Positions 1 to 9,688 of a stretch of DNA of 64,000 nucleotides are shown here, in pieces. Within the stretch, counting starts at the first letter, position 1; each line of letters opens with the position of its first letter. Position numbers and translations under genes: made by a program. The stretch is from NCBI GenBank assembly GCA_964401715.1, contig CAYNZV010000005.1, positions 2,781-66,780 on the forward strand, written 5' to 3'. The notes beneath the pieces were generated by a model, which was not told where the DNA came from, did not search any database, and was given only the letters and a program-made list of their open reading frames with translations. The DNA comes from an uncultured Gemmatimonadaceae bacterium (GTDB lineage: Bacteria; Latescibacterota; UBA2968; UBA8231).

Positions 1-1
1 C

Positions 2-964
2 ATGGTGATCGGCGAGTCGCAGATCCTCGGGCAAGTTCGGGATGCCTTGGAACTCGCCCGACAGAACGACTCGGCGCACATCGTGCTCAACGAGCTTTTC
101 CAGCGTTCACTGCGGGTAGGAAAACGAGCGCGATCGGAAACCGACATCGGACGCGGTCACCTATCTATCAGCACGGCGGCAGTGGAACTGGCTAATCAGA
201 TATTCGAGAACCTGAAAGACCGCCGCGGTATACTGGTGGGCACCGGAGAAATGGGGGAGCTGATCGCCCAGTATCTGATCGATGCCAGCATTCAGAGCCT
301 GACGGTTACCAACCGCACCCATTCGCGTGCCCAAGCATTGGCCGTCCGTTTAGGTGCAGAGGCGATCGAGTTCGAGCACTTGGCGAAACATTTAGAGTCG
401 GCAGACATCGCCATCACCGCCACAGCTTCGTCCGAATGTGTGGTAACTACCGAAATGGTTCGACGGGTAATGAAAGCACGGTTGGGTCGTCCGCTCGTCC
501 TGATCGACATCGCGGTGCCGCGCGACGTGGAGCCAGACATTCGCTCCTTGGACAACGTCTTTCTGTTCGACATCGACAGCCTAGAACAGGTGGTTGCCGC
601 CAACCGCGAAGAGCGCGAGCACGAGATTTCCGTCGTCCGCGGCATAATTCAAACCGAACTAAACGACTTTCTAAATTGGTTCAATGCTTTGAGTACTGGT
701 CCATTAATCCAAGCCTTGAAACAACGCTCGAACGAGCTGCAAGAAAAGGAGCTCGCGCGCTGGCAATCCAAACTGGATCGTCTGTCGACCGAAGAGAAGG
801 AGATGATTGTGGGCATTTTGCGGGGATACAGCAACAAGCTTCTGCACGACCCGCTAGTGTGCATACGAGAATTTGCCAACAGCGAGGATGGGTATTTACA
901 ACTGGACACGGTTAGAAAACTGTTCCATTTAGAGGGTTTCGATCGGGAAGGAGACGATGGATGA
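2..964 (+). CDS. hemA: Glutamyl-tRNA reductase, C-terminal ~320 aa (5' end lies outside the window)
   Basis: The translation (VIGESQILGQV..., NADPH-binding GTGEMGE, long helical dimerisation tail) matches HemA from roughly residue 100 onward. The stop overlaps the next start (ATGA at 961-964). Confidence 0.9.
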   Translation: MVIGESQILGQVRDALELARQNDSAHIVLNELFQRSLRVGKRARSETDIGRGHLSISTAAVELANQIFENLKDRRGILVGTGEMGELIAQYLIDASIQSLTVTNRTHSRAQALAVRLGAEAIEFEHLAKHLESADIAITATASSECVVTTEMVRRVMKARLGRPLVLIDIAVPRDVEPDIRSLDNVFLFDIDSLEQVVAANREEREHEISVVRGIIQTELNDFLNWFNALSTGPLIQALKQRSNELQEKELARWQSKLDRLSTEEKEMIVGILRGYSNKLLHDPLVCIREFANSEDGYLQLDTVRKLFHLEGFDREGDDG

Positions 965-1779
965 CTACCGAATGCGCGGTTATCATCGCGATTTCGTTGG
1001 TTCTCTACCTGGCAGCTTCGCTATTCTTCCTAGGCCAGATCTTTTTCGGCCGCCGCACCTGGAACGCCCTAGGACGCCGGGTTTTGCGAATCGGGCTGGG
1101 GGTACATATTGCTGGACTGCTGGTTCATTTTGCCGTCTCGGGGACTTCTCCATTCACCGACATGCTTTTGATCATGTCCTTGTTCGTTGTCGCTGTGATC
1201 CTCGTAGACGAGTTGATCGAGCGCTTCACCGCTGTGCGCAGCCTTGGGTTTATCGTCACCCCGCTGGCATTTTTCGGTCTGCTCTACCCGGCCTTGATGC
1301 CGGTACGATTCGATGCGGCAGAATCGATGCTACTACGTCACCCATGGCTTGGCATGCACATTGGCACAACGCTTCTGGGGGTTGTAGGCTTCGCACTGGC
1401 GTTCACTGCGGCCATTATCGTAATCGTGCAGTCACGGTTGTTGAAGCGGGGCCGGTTGAATCAGTGGCTGCCAGCGCTGGATACGGCAGCGATAGCTACC
1501 GATCGCTTCGCTGGGTCCGGGTTCTTCTTGTTTACTATCGGTTTGATAATGGGGATCATCTGGTTGTTTGGCGCGCCGGGGGATTACCTCGGCACAAGCG
1601 ACCCCAAGATACTGCTTGCCTTCCCTACCTGGGGAGTTTTTGCGGCTTATCTCTATCTACGAGGGATCGTAGGACGCCAGGAGAGCCGGCTCAAATGGTT
1701 GGTGATTGCTGGTTTTTTCTTGGCGCTAGTTAATCTTTTGGGTGTAAGGCACAACTTCGATAGCGTTGAGCTACTCTGA
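961..1779 (+). CDS. Cytochrome c assembly (CcsA/HemX/YpjD-like) polytopic membrane protein
   Basis: 272-aa ORF with about 8 hydrophobic helices, translationally coupled to hemA. This is the usual position of CcsA-family hemX/ypjD-type genes. Confidence 0.7.
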   Translation: MTTECAVIIAISLVLYLAASLFFLGQIFFGRRTWNALGRRVLRIGLGVHIAGLLVHFAVSGTSPFTDMLLIMSLFVVAVILVDELIERFTAVRSLGFIVTPLAFFGLLYPALMPVRFDAAESMLLRHPWLGMHIGTTLLGVVGFALAFTAAIIVIVQSRLLKRGRLNQWLPALDTAAIATDRFAGSGFFLFTIGLIMGIIWLFGAPGDYLGTSDPKILLAFPTWGVFAAYLYLRGIVGRQESRLKWLVIAGFFLALVNLLGVRHNFDSVELL

Positions 1780-2129
1780 GCCATTATTCCCCAGTCGAAA
1801 GTCAACATCAACCTGAGCGTCGGCCCCCACCACGGCCTTCCTCTCCAACTCTCCCAGTTCCTTGTGCCACAGCCACGCGAGGTGTTCGTCGGACGGAACG
1901 TCGTCGATCTCAAACGATCCATGCTTGGCAGTTATTGCGAAATACGGGTCTATATCGGGAAAAGACAGACAATCATCCACTGATGTATACCGCACCGGAC
2001 ATCGACGATCGCTTCGACTCAACAACGCAAACGGGGTACTTCTTTATGTGGTAAGTTTGCCAAACGTCGAACAACGAGGTCTGGTTGGCAAAAGTATGGA
2101 TGTTGTAAAATGGTCGCCGGCTGCCGAAG

Positions 2130-3122
2130 TCAGTGAATCGCGATCGGCCTACCCGGTGAACCAGTGCCGCCCTTGAACCGTATGGGTGTGAACACAAATA
2201 GAAACTCGTACACCTCATCTTTGAGCAGTTCGTCGTAGACCATGTTTTCCAGGTTGAAGATACCGGCTTTGACGATGAGTTCCTGGTGGACAGGAAATTC
2301 CATTCCCGGTTCCGGATTGGGAACCACCTCAGTGGTCCACTGATCGGTGCCAATCATCGACGCCTCTTTCTCCACGATCCAATCGGCCACCGCTAGTCCG
2401 ATTCCAGGAGGATTGGTGTTGTAAGTTTCGGGATCGGTCCAGTTTTTCGACCAACCGTAGTTGAAAAACAGCGCGTCGCCCGGCTTGATGCTCTTCTCCG
2501 CGATATCCTGCTTCTTCAGGGCACCGCGGACGTCGTCCACGGTTACTTCGTAGCTGTGATCCAGAGTGGACACTCCCTTGTAGCCGGCAATATCGATCAG
2601 TACACCACGTGTTATGAACGGCTTGACATGTTCTATGCCGAGTTTCTCCAGACCGTACGCTCCTGCCATCTCGTCTACGGTGTAACCATTGTAGAAAACA
2701 TCTTGAGTAGTTCCGTCCGCCATTTTCGTGCGCGTACCGATGTGAGCCAATCCATCGAACTGAGTACCCACCTGTCCAATTTCAGCGCAGAGAAACTCAT
2801 CGTTGTACATTAGCATATTGTTCTCACCAAAGGGACCGCCGGTAGGTGCCCCGGGAATAAACATGGCGTAAGTTCGCTGCCCGAAGAGGGGCATTCCTCT
2901 TTCGTATACCTGCCCCAGCTCGTACATCTTGCCTTTCTTCACCAGTTTCAGGGCTTGGAGGATCTTCTCCGGCGTGATCCAGTTGGAGCCGCCTGCCTGG
3001 TCCTCGGCGCCCCACTTGGGGTGTGGCCACCATTCACCCTGCTCGCGGGTTTGCGCATCGGCGAAGAGTGGTCCCCAGACCAGGGACAAGGCCGTCACCG
3101 AAACGACGACAGTGCGTTTCAT
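2130..3122 (-). CDS. Secreted cyclase-family (kynurenine formamidase fold) protein
   Basis: ORF 2130..3161, with the start moved to ATG 3122 (AAGGAGG 6 nt upstream). This gives the signal peptide MKRTVVVSVTALSLVWGPLFADA. QVGTQFDGLAH aligns with the family motif HxGTHxDxPxH, with the first two His replaced by Gln. Confidence 0.6.
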   Translation of the reverse strand: MKRTVVVSVTALSLVWGPLFADAQTREQGEWWPHPKWGAEDQAGGSNWITPEKILQALKLVKKGKMYELGQVYERGMPLFGQRTYAMFIPGAPTGGPFGENNMLMYNDEFLCAEIGQVGTQFDGLAHIGTRTKMADGTTQDVFYNGYTVDEMAGAYGLEKLGIEHVKPFITRGVLIDIAGYKGVSTLDHSYEVTVDDVRGALKKQDIAEKSIKPGDALFFNYGWSKNWTDPETYNTNPPGIGLAVADWIVEKEASMIGTDQWTTEVVPNPEPGMEFPVHQELIVKAGIFNLENMVYDELLKDEVYEFLFVFTPIRFKGGTGSPGRPIAIH

Positions 3123-3192
3123 GATTTTCCTCCTTGTTGAGTGGCTACGAGAATACAGCAATTTGGATCCGAGCCGGACCGCATTACAAAGA

Positions 3193-4290
3193 TCAGGATT
3201 TCAATCCCACCACGTCGATCACGCGCGCCAACCGGGAGATGCCATCGGCGATCTGACTACTGTTCAAAGTGCAAAACGGCAGTCGCAAGAACCGTTCGCC
3301 ACCCCCGTTCGGGAAAAACGCCGAGCCATCCGTAAGCAACAGTTGGTTTTTTGTCGCCTCTTCCCGGACCACACTTCCCGAAAGGCCAAGCGGAAGCTCG
3401 AGCGAAACGAAGAATCCTCCATCCGGGCGACTATAGGTCACGGTGGGCAGATGTTGTTCGAGGGCTTCCAAACAAGCATTGAGCCGCGGCTGATACACCG
3501 ATCTCAAGCGTTCGATCTGCGGTTCCAGCAGCCCCCGCGATAGAAATTCACAGACGATTGCCTGTCCCAGGATGCCTGGCGTCAGGTAGACGTCCTCTGC
3601 CAACGCTGCCACTTCTTTCACAAGCGAGGACTGGGCCACCAAGACTCCGACTCGGGTGCCGGGTACGATCAGCTTGCTGAAGGAGAACAGATGCACAACC
3701 AGCTCAGGCGCCATTGAGAACAGGGTGGGTCCGGGGGTGCCGTGATACCGCAGAAGTCGGTACGGGGTATCCTCTATGACCGTAAGCTGATGCTTCCGCG
3801 CCAACTGGACCAACCTTTGACGCTTTTCCGTCGAGTAGGTTACGCCGGACGGGTTCTGGAAATCTGGTATCAGGTAGACAAAGCGTGGATTTAGTGCTTC
3901 GATGGCTTCTTCCAACTGGCCCAGAACCGGTCCGTCCGCTTCGAGGGGGATGCCGTGCACATCGGCGCCATGACGGCGGAGCACGGTAATCGCTCGATCG
4001 TAGGTTGGCACCTCAGTCAACACGCTTTCCCCCGGTTTCAACAACACGTGGCAAAGAAGATCGAGGATTTGCAGGGAACTGTTGGAGACGAGCACCTGCC
4101 CGTGTGTTACCGAATACCACTCGGCCAACCAATCGAGAAGAGGCGCAAAACCATGAACGGTGCCATACTGCACCGCCTTTGCTCCGTGCTTTGCGAGTGC
4201 TCCTTGACAACAGGCGGCGATCGCCTCAGGACAGAGCGCTTCGTCTGTGGGCACGCCGCGGGTGAGAGAAATATGTTTTTGTTCGCTCAT
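3193..4290 (-). CDS. PLP-dependent aminotransferase, class I/II
   Basis: 365-aa ORF with DFQNPSG, SFSKLIVPGTRVG (PLP lysine) and RFLRLPF motifs typical of fold-type I aminotransferases. Confidence 0.85.
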   Translation of the reverse strand: MSEQKHISLTRGVPTDEALCPEAIAACCQGALAKHGAKAVQYGTVHGFAPLLDWLAEWYSVTHGQVLVSNSSLQILDLLCHVLLKPGESVLTEVPTYDRAITVLRRHGADVHGIPLEADGPVLGQLEEAIEALNPRFVYLIPDFQNPSGVTYSTEKRQRLVQLARKHQLTVIEDTPYRLLRYHGTPGPTLFSMAPELVVHLFSFSKLIVPGTRVGVLVAQSSLVKEVAALAEDVYLTPGILGQAIVCEFLSRGLLEPQIERLRSVYQPRLNACLEALEQHLPTVTYSRPDGGFFVSLELPLGLSGSVVREEATKNQLLLTDGSAFFPNGGGERFLRLPFCTLNSSQIADGISRLARVIDVVGLKS

Positions 4291-4330
4291 TGTAGAACCG
4301 AGGTTGATTCGATATCAGACCAGCTTCAGT

Positions 4331-4767
4331 TTAGACGTGTCGCGAGTGGCTAAGAGTCCCTATAGACCGAGGCCCTTCTCCATTTACTTCCAGACTTCGC
4401 GGCCCCAACCCGAAGTAGGCGATCATCAAGGCCGCCACGGCCAGTGAGAGATTCTTGAAAAACTGGGCCATCTCGGCCATGGTCTGCAGTGGATTTTTGT
4501 TCTCCCAAAACGAGTGCGTCATCAGCGATGTCGGCATCAACAACAGAAAGATCAGAACGGCCCTGATCTTTGCCTTTTAACCCAGAAAAACACTTAACCC
4601 GCTGGCCAAAATCATGACTCCCGTCAGCGCCACAGCCAGTTTGGGTAGGGAACTCCCATATCTGCACTGTACTGAGCCATCTGCTCCAGCTTGGCGAAGT
4701 TACGCACCCCGTGCATGAGGCACATGAGCGAATACAACTGGGGTCCCACCAGTAACAGATATCTCAA
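4331..4767 (-). pseudogene. DoxX-family membrane protein, disrupted (one frameshift plus one in-frame TAA)
   Basis: A TTG start at 4767 with an AGGAGGAAG RBS gives LRYLLLVGPQLYSLMCLMHGVRNFAKL...MGVPYP, then a TGA. Homology continues in the next frame (KLAVALTGVMILASGLSVFLG), hits a TAA at 4579-4577, then continues as ORF 4331..4543 (LMPTSLMTHSFWENKN...). Confidence 0.55.
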
Positions 4768-4930
4768 CTCGTCTTCCTCCTGGATTTATCGGGCGAATAT
4801 ATCAACGGCGCCTCTCGGCATCAACGAATCGTCTGAGCCAAAGCAGAAGTCTCGGTAGTGCAGCTCCCATGAGTACGGTGTTGGGCTGCTCTCTTGAATA
4901 GCTTCTTGCTACCGTTATTTTTTCTATGCG

Positions 4931-6205
4931 TTGATGGCAATCGCATCACATATCTCAAACAAAGTCGAAAGAACTATGCGTTCACCTTTTCTGTCACCAG
5001 AAGAAGCTCAACAGATCGTACTGTCGAATATCGCTCCACTCGGCGTCGAGAGGGTTTCGTTGATCGATGCGCTGGACCGTCTGATGGCGAGCGACATCGT
5101 CGCTCGCCACGACAACCCGCCGCTCGACAACTCAGCCATGGACGGTTACGCGGTACGCCATGAGGATGTGAGCCACGCCTCGCCGTCATCCCCCGTAAGA
5201 CTCACTGCAATAGAAGAGATTCCCGCGGGTCACGTCCCCATGAAGACCGTCGGCAAGGACGAGGCCAGCCGCATCATGACCGGGGCTCCGTTGCCGGCCG
5301 GCACTGATACCGTGGTGCGTGTCGAGTACACCGAGACTCAAGTGGATGCCGTGGATATCATGACCCCTGAAGAGAAAGGTGCGAACATCAGGCGACGAGG
5401 GGAAGACATCCGTGCCAATACCACTCTCATTGTGAAAGGTACCCGATGTGAGAGCGGCGAGCTTGGCCTGCTCGCTGCCCAGCAACACTCCGTCGTGCCA
5501 GTGTATCGTCGGCCGACGATTGCCATCCTTTCCACCGGAGACGAGTTGGTCGATCTCAGCGAACCGCTGGCGGAGGGGAAGATTGTCGACAGCAACACCT
5601 ACGCCCTGGCCGCGTTGTGCCGGTCCCACGGTGCGGTACCTTGGATGTTGCCGATTGTACGAGACACGGAGGAGTCAACCCGCCAGGCGGTGGAAACCGC
5701 ACTCGCCGCTGACTTCATTCTTTCTTCTGGAGGTGTCTCAGTCGGCAAGTACGATCACATAAAAACCGTGCTCGACCAGATGGGAGCCGAGGTCGCCCTT
5801 TGGAGAGTGGCGATGAAACCCGGTAAACCGTTGTTTTTCTGTACCCTGCAGAGTACGCCATACTTTGGGCTCCCAGGAAATCCAGTGTCGAGCATGATGT
5901 CATTCCTGCAATTCGTCCGACCTGCCATTCGCAAGGCTTCGTCTTTCCCGGAAAAAGACTGGTTGTTGCCGCAGACGAGGGCGATCCTGTTACATGCCGT
6001 TGAGAATATCGGGGACCGACGTGAGTACTTACGAGCTCGCCTGGTCTACGAAGAAGGCCGTCTCAAGGCGACTCCTTTCAAGGTTCAGGGTTCGCACATG
6101 TTAACCTCGATGCTGGGCGCCAATGGAATCGTGGTCCTCGACCCGGAGGAATCCGTGTTGGAGGGTGATGAAGCAACGGTACAGATCATTAGTCGCATTC
6201 TGTGA
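4931..6205 (+). CDS. moeA: Molybdopterin molybdenumtransferase
   Basis: Contains PLDNSAMDGYAV, ILSTGDEL and SGGVSVGKYD motifs plus the C-terminal barrel domain. ATG 4976 (MRSPFLSPEEA) is a plausible alternative start. Confidence 0.9.
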   Translation: MMAIASHISNKVERTMRSPFLSPEEAQQIVLSNIAPLGVERVSLIDALDRLMASDIVARHDNPPLDNSAMDGYAVRHEDVSHASPSSPVRLTAIEEIPAGHVPMKTVGKDEASRIMTGAPLPAGTDTVVRVEYTETQVDAVDIMTPEEKGANIRRRGEDIRANTTLIVKGTRCESGELGLLAAQQHSVVPVYRRPTIAILSTGDELVDLSEPLAEGKIVDSNTYALAALCRSHGAVPWMLPIVRDTEESTRQAVETALAADFILSSGGVSVGKYDHIKTVLDQMGAEVALWRVAMKPGKPLFFCTLQSTPYFGLPGNPVSSMMSFLQFVRPAIRKASSFPEKDWLLPQTRAILLHAVENIGDRREYLRARLVYEEGRLKATPFKVQGSHMLTSMLGANGIVVLDPEESVLEGDEATVQIISRIL

Positions 6206-6812
6206 GCTCCAAGCAAGAAACTAAAAAGGTCGAAGTTATCAGCTCCAGGAGAATCTTCGACTACTTCTTCAGGGTCGACGAAGCCACCGTATTGCACGAG
6301 CGCCCCGACGGAAACATGAGTCCGCCGCTCAAGCGGGTTGAACTTTAAGCGGGGCAATGGAGTGGCAGCATTGCTGTACAAACGGTCCAAGCAGACCGTG
6401 GTGCTGTTCTAGCAATTTCCCTATCCCCCAGCTACGCAGCCGGGCAGGGTTGGTTGCTGGAGGTAGTGGCCGGCAGGTTGAAACGTGGTGAGGACGCTGA
6501 GGTTGTGATGCGGAACGAGATAACCGAAGGAGCCGCATGCCAAGTCGGCTAACTGACACCTGTCGGCAGCTTCTTCTTGAGCCTTGGCGGATCGTCGGAG
6601 CGGATTCACCTGTACTTTGCCGAGGTCGTCGACGAAGATCGCTTCAACCACGGCGGCGACCTCGAGGAGGACGGAGAGGATATTAAGGTGGTGGAAAACT
6701 ACCGGTATCCCACGTCCTTGAAATGATCAACGATGGCGCTTTCGCCGGTGCCAAAACCCTAGTGGCGTTGCTGTGGTTCAGATCCGAAGAACTTCGCAAC
6801 ATGCATCATTGA
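6202..6812 (+). pseudogene. NUDIX hydrolase (ADP-ribose/GDP-mannose pyrophosphatase-like), multiply disrupted
   Basis: GTG 6202 overlaps the moeA stop (GTGA). Homologous segments lie in three frames: VEVISSRRIFDYFFRVDEATVLHERPDG / KRGNGVAALLYKRSKQTVVLF*QFPYP / GWLLEVVAGRLKRGEDAEVVMRNEITE...SSERIHLYFAEV / KLPVSHVLEMINDGAFAGAKTLVALLW. Stops lie at 6346, 6410 and 6550. Confidence 0.6.
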
Positions 6813-6916
6813 TGGGTCTTTCCCTGCCCAAGGCAACTCGTGATATTACCTGCTGGATGTCCACGTATTTCAGCGTTGTCGACAGAATCAAACATTAACT
6901 TCAGGAGATTTACCTG

Positions 6917-8884
6917 ATGGCTGACCTGTATCCTCCCTCAGCTGACTTCCAGAAACAAGCCCACATCAAGAGCATAGAGGAGTACGAGGCCGAGTACCAA
7001 CGCTCCGTCGCCGACCCCGACGCGTACTGGGCCGAGAAGGCGGAGGAGTTCCATTGGTTCGAAAAGTGGCATACGGTGAGTTCGTTCAATTACAACATGG
7101 ATAAAGGCCCCATTTCTATACGTTGGTTTGACGGCGGCAAGACCAGTATCGCCTACAACTGTCTAGATAGGCATCTGGAGAAACGGAGTGATCAGATCGC
7201 CATCATCTGGGAAGGAAACGAACCCGACGAAGATGCGACCCTGACCTACCGGGAGCTGTATGAGCAAGTTTGTAAGTTCGCCAACGTGCTGAAATCTAAA
7301 GGGGTAAAAAAGGGCGACCGGGTTTCGATCTACATGCCGATGGTACCGGAATTGCCGGTGACCATGCTCGCCTGCGCTCGCATTGGTGCCGTGCATTCGG
7401 TTGTCTTTGGCGGGTTTTCCGCCGATTCGTTGGCCGACCGCATCGCGGACTCCACCTGCACAACCCTCGTGACCTGCAACGGAACCCACCGAGGCGACAA
7501 ACCGTTACTGATGAAACCGGTAGCAGACGAGGCTATGAGCGCAGCCGAGAAACGCATGGGACAACCGGTGGAAACCTGCATCGTGGTCGAGCGGGTCCGC
7601 GGCGACGCCCAGTTCGAGTGCCAGATGCAGAAAGGCCGCGACTTCTGGTGGCACGAGGTGATGGCCGCTGCAGAAAACGACTGTCCCTGCGAGCCGATGG
7701 ATGCGGAGGACCCTTTGTTCTTACTCTACACATCCGGGTCCACTGGCAAACCGAAAGGTGTGCAGCACAACGTCGGCGGGTATATGATGTACACCGCCTT
7801 GACCCATAAAAACATCTTCGATTATCACGACGGTGACATTTACTTTTGCGCCGCTGATATCGGTTGGGTCACGGGGCATTCGTATATTTTGTACGGTCCG
7901 TTGGGCAACGGCGCCACCACCGTGATGTTCGAGGGTATTCCCACTTATCCCGATCCGGGGCGCTACTGGCAGGTGGTCGAAAAATGGAAGGTCAACCAGT
8001 TTTACACCGCACCTACGGCGATTCGCGCCATCGCCCGAGAAGGCGAGGGCTGGCCCGGCAAGTACGAGATGCCTTCGCTACGTGTCTTAGGCACCGTAGG
8101 GGAACCTATCAACCCGGAAGCCTGGCGCTGGTACCACGTCAACGCCGGCAAGGAGCGCTGCCCCATCGTCGACACCTGGTGGCAGACCGAAACCGGCGGC
8201 ATTCTCATTACGCCGCTGCCCGGCGCCACCCCCACCAATCCGGGCTCGGCAACTTTTCCTTTCTTTGGCATTGAGCCGGTGGTGTTTGAGCCCGAGTCGG
8301 GCAAGTTGGTTGCAGGGAACGATGTCAGTGGCGTACTGGCCATCAAACGACCGTGGCCAGGTCAAATGCGTACGGTCTGGGGCGATCATGAGCGTTTCGA
8401 GAATACCTATTTCCACCAGTACAAAGGTTATTATTTCACCGGCGACGGGTGCCGCAGGGACGAGAGTGGCTATTACTGGATCACCGGTCGCGTCGACGAC
8501 GTCATCAACGTCTCCGGCCACCGTATGGGTACTGCCGAGGTCGAAAGCGCTCTGGTTCTACATGCCAAGGTGGCAGAAGCAGCGGTCGTCGGTTTTCCGC
8601 ATGAGGTCAAGGGTCAGGGGATCTACGCCTACGTGACTTTGAACACCGGGGAGGAATACACCGACGAGCTCAAAAAGGCGCTGCGCTCTCACGTACGCAG
8701 TGCTATCGGACCCATCGCTCAGCCGGACGTGATTCATTGGGCGCCCGGCCTGCCGAAAACGAGATCTGGGAAGATCATGCGTCGTATCCTGCGCAAGATT
8801 GCCAACGACGAAACCGATTCCATCGGCGACACGTCCACTCTGGCCGACCCCAGCGTAGTAGATGATCTGATCAAAAACAAATAG
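6917..8884 (+). CDS. acs: Acetyl-CoA synthetase (AMP-forming)
   Basis: 655 aa, resembling Acs end to end. Contains [11 protein letters not shown] and [11 protein letters not shown] motifs, with a CAGGAG RBS upstream. Confidence 0.97.
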   Translation: MADLYPPSADFQKQAHIKSIEEYEAEYQRSVADPDAYWAEKAEEFHWFEKWHTVSSFNYNMDKGPISIRWFDGGKTSIAYNCLDRHLEKRSDQIAIIWEGNEPDEDATLTYRELYEQVCKFANVLKSKGVKKGDRVSIYMPMVPELPVTMLACARIGAVHSVVFGGFSADSLADRIADSTCTTLVTCNGTHRGDKPLLMKPVADEAMSAAEKRMGQPVETCIVVERVRGDAQFECQMQKGRDFWWHEVMAAAENDCPCEPMDAEDPLFLLYTSGSTGKPKGVQHNVGGYMMYTALTHKNIFDYHDGDIYFCAADIGWVTGHSYILYGPLGNGATTVMFEGIPTYPDPGRYWQVVEKWKVNQFYTAPTAIRAIAREGEGWPGKYEMPSLRVLGTVGEPINPEAWRWYHVNAGKERCPIVDTWWQTETGGILITPLPGATPTNPGSATFPFFGIEPVVFEPESGKLVAGNDVSGVLAIKRPWPGQMRTVWGDHERFENTYFHQYKGYYFTGDGCRRDESGYYWITGRVDDVINVSGHRMGTAEVESALVLHAKVAEAAVVGFPHEVKGQGIYAYVTLNTGEEYTDELKKALRSHVRSAIGPIAQPDVIHWAPGLPKTRSGKIMRRILRKIANDETDSIGDTSTLADPSVVDDLIKNK

Positions 8885-8899
8885 AACGAGGAAACACAG

Positions 8900-8942
8900 A
8901 AATAGGGATGGTCGATGCATTCGGTCCCCCCTATTTTGTTTG
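8900..8942 (+). terminator. Possible intrinsic terminator after acs
   Basis: AAATAGGG (8900-8907) pairs with CCCTATTT (8929-8936) and is followed by TGTTTG. The loop is large (about 20 nt), so this is weak. Confidence 0.35.
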
Positions 8943-8949
8943 CGCTCTT

Positions 8950-9648
8950 TTCAAGAGAGCAGCTGTTGGTCAGCAAACAACTACCACTCGGTTCGCAGCA
9001 CTTGTCGGCTGTGATGGTTGTGTCATATTCCGCAATCTTGGATTGGCACGAATGGCGTCGTACGACACCGCCAGTGCAAGCGAAAGACTCGGGATCAATC
9101 ACCTGTTCCCGAGGAGTGATCCCTTCGAAATAGTCAGCGCACGGTTCCTTCGAACAAATCTCGTAGGATTTGCCACAGACGGTGACGCGTTCTCCGCACA
9201 GGAAGGTGTTTCCATCTTGCATCGGTCACCTTGCTGAACGGACCTAAGTAGATCAGCGCCTCGTTGTGATTCCAGCACTCCGCTTCCTTACCCTTATAGG
9301 GAACCACGACGACGCTGCGAAACATAATACCCTCCACCTCCCTCTAGAGCTCCTCGTCCCGCTTGCCGATTTCAACACCGTAGAATCGAGAATCGACAAA
9401 CGTCTTTAGGAAGGCGATCTCATGCTAATACCGATGGGAAAGTGCCACCATCTTGTCATTCATGCCCATGGCGCTGCCCTTCCCGACGTAGCAAGCGGGA
9501 TATCCGTAGTCGGAGTCTTTTTCGACGATTTCGTCGAGGATCCGTTGCAGGTATTGTGGATCGTAGTCTACCGGACAACAAAGAGCTGCTTCGGAGGCAT
9601 CGGCGGCAGATCTGTAGCGATCGCAACGATCGATTCAACCGAGCTCAT
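8950..9648 (-). pseudogene. AS3MT/ArsM-like methyltransferase remnant (SAM-binding core missing, frameshifted)
   Basis: There is an N-terminal-like piece (ALCCPVDYDPQYLQRILDEIVEKDSDYGYP), then stops. Next come IMFRSVVVVPYKGKEAECWNHNEALIYLGPFSKVTD and, after a frameshift near 9215, DGNTFLCGERVTVCGKSYEI...KCCEPSGSC. These resemble the C-terminal third and Cys-rich tail of AS3MT-type enzymes. This rests on recognition only. Confidence 0.3.
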
Positions 9649-9688
9649 TCTTGTGATTCTACGTGCTGTTGTCCGTGGCGAGTTAACG

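Noticed and set aside
4790-4930. Possible Moco riboswitch upstream of moeA (GCCUCUCGGC ... CUGAGCCAAAGC ... CAGCUCCC)
   Set aside because: I could not build the conserved multi-stem architecture or match the motif confidently by eye. It needs an Rfam/Infernal scan (the Moco RNA motif model) before any claim.
8734-9222. 162-aa Cys-rich ORF considered as an intact small protein
   Set aside because: It runs through the putative acs terminator and 150 nt into the acs coding region. Its N-terminal part continues a neighbouring frame (9134-9337). It is better explained as the stop-less tail of the methyltransferase relic.
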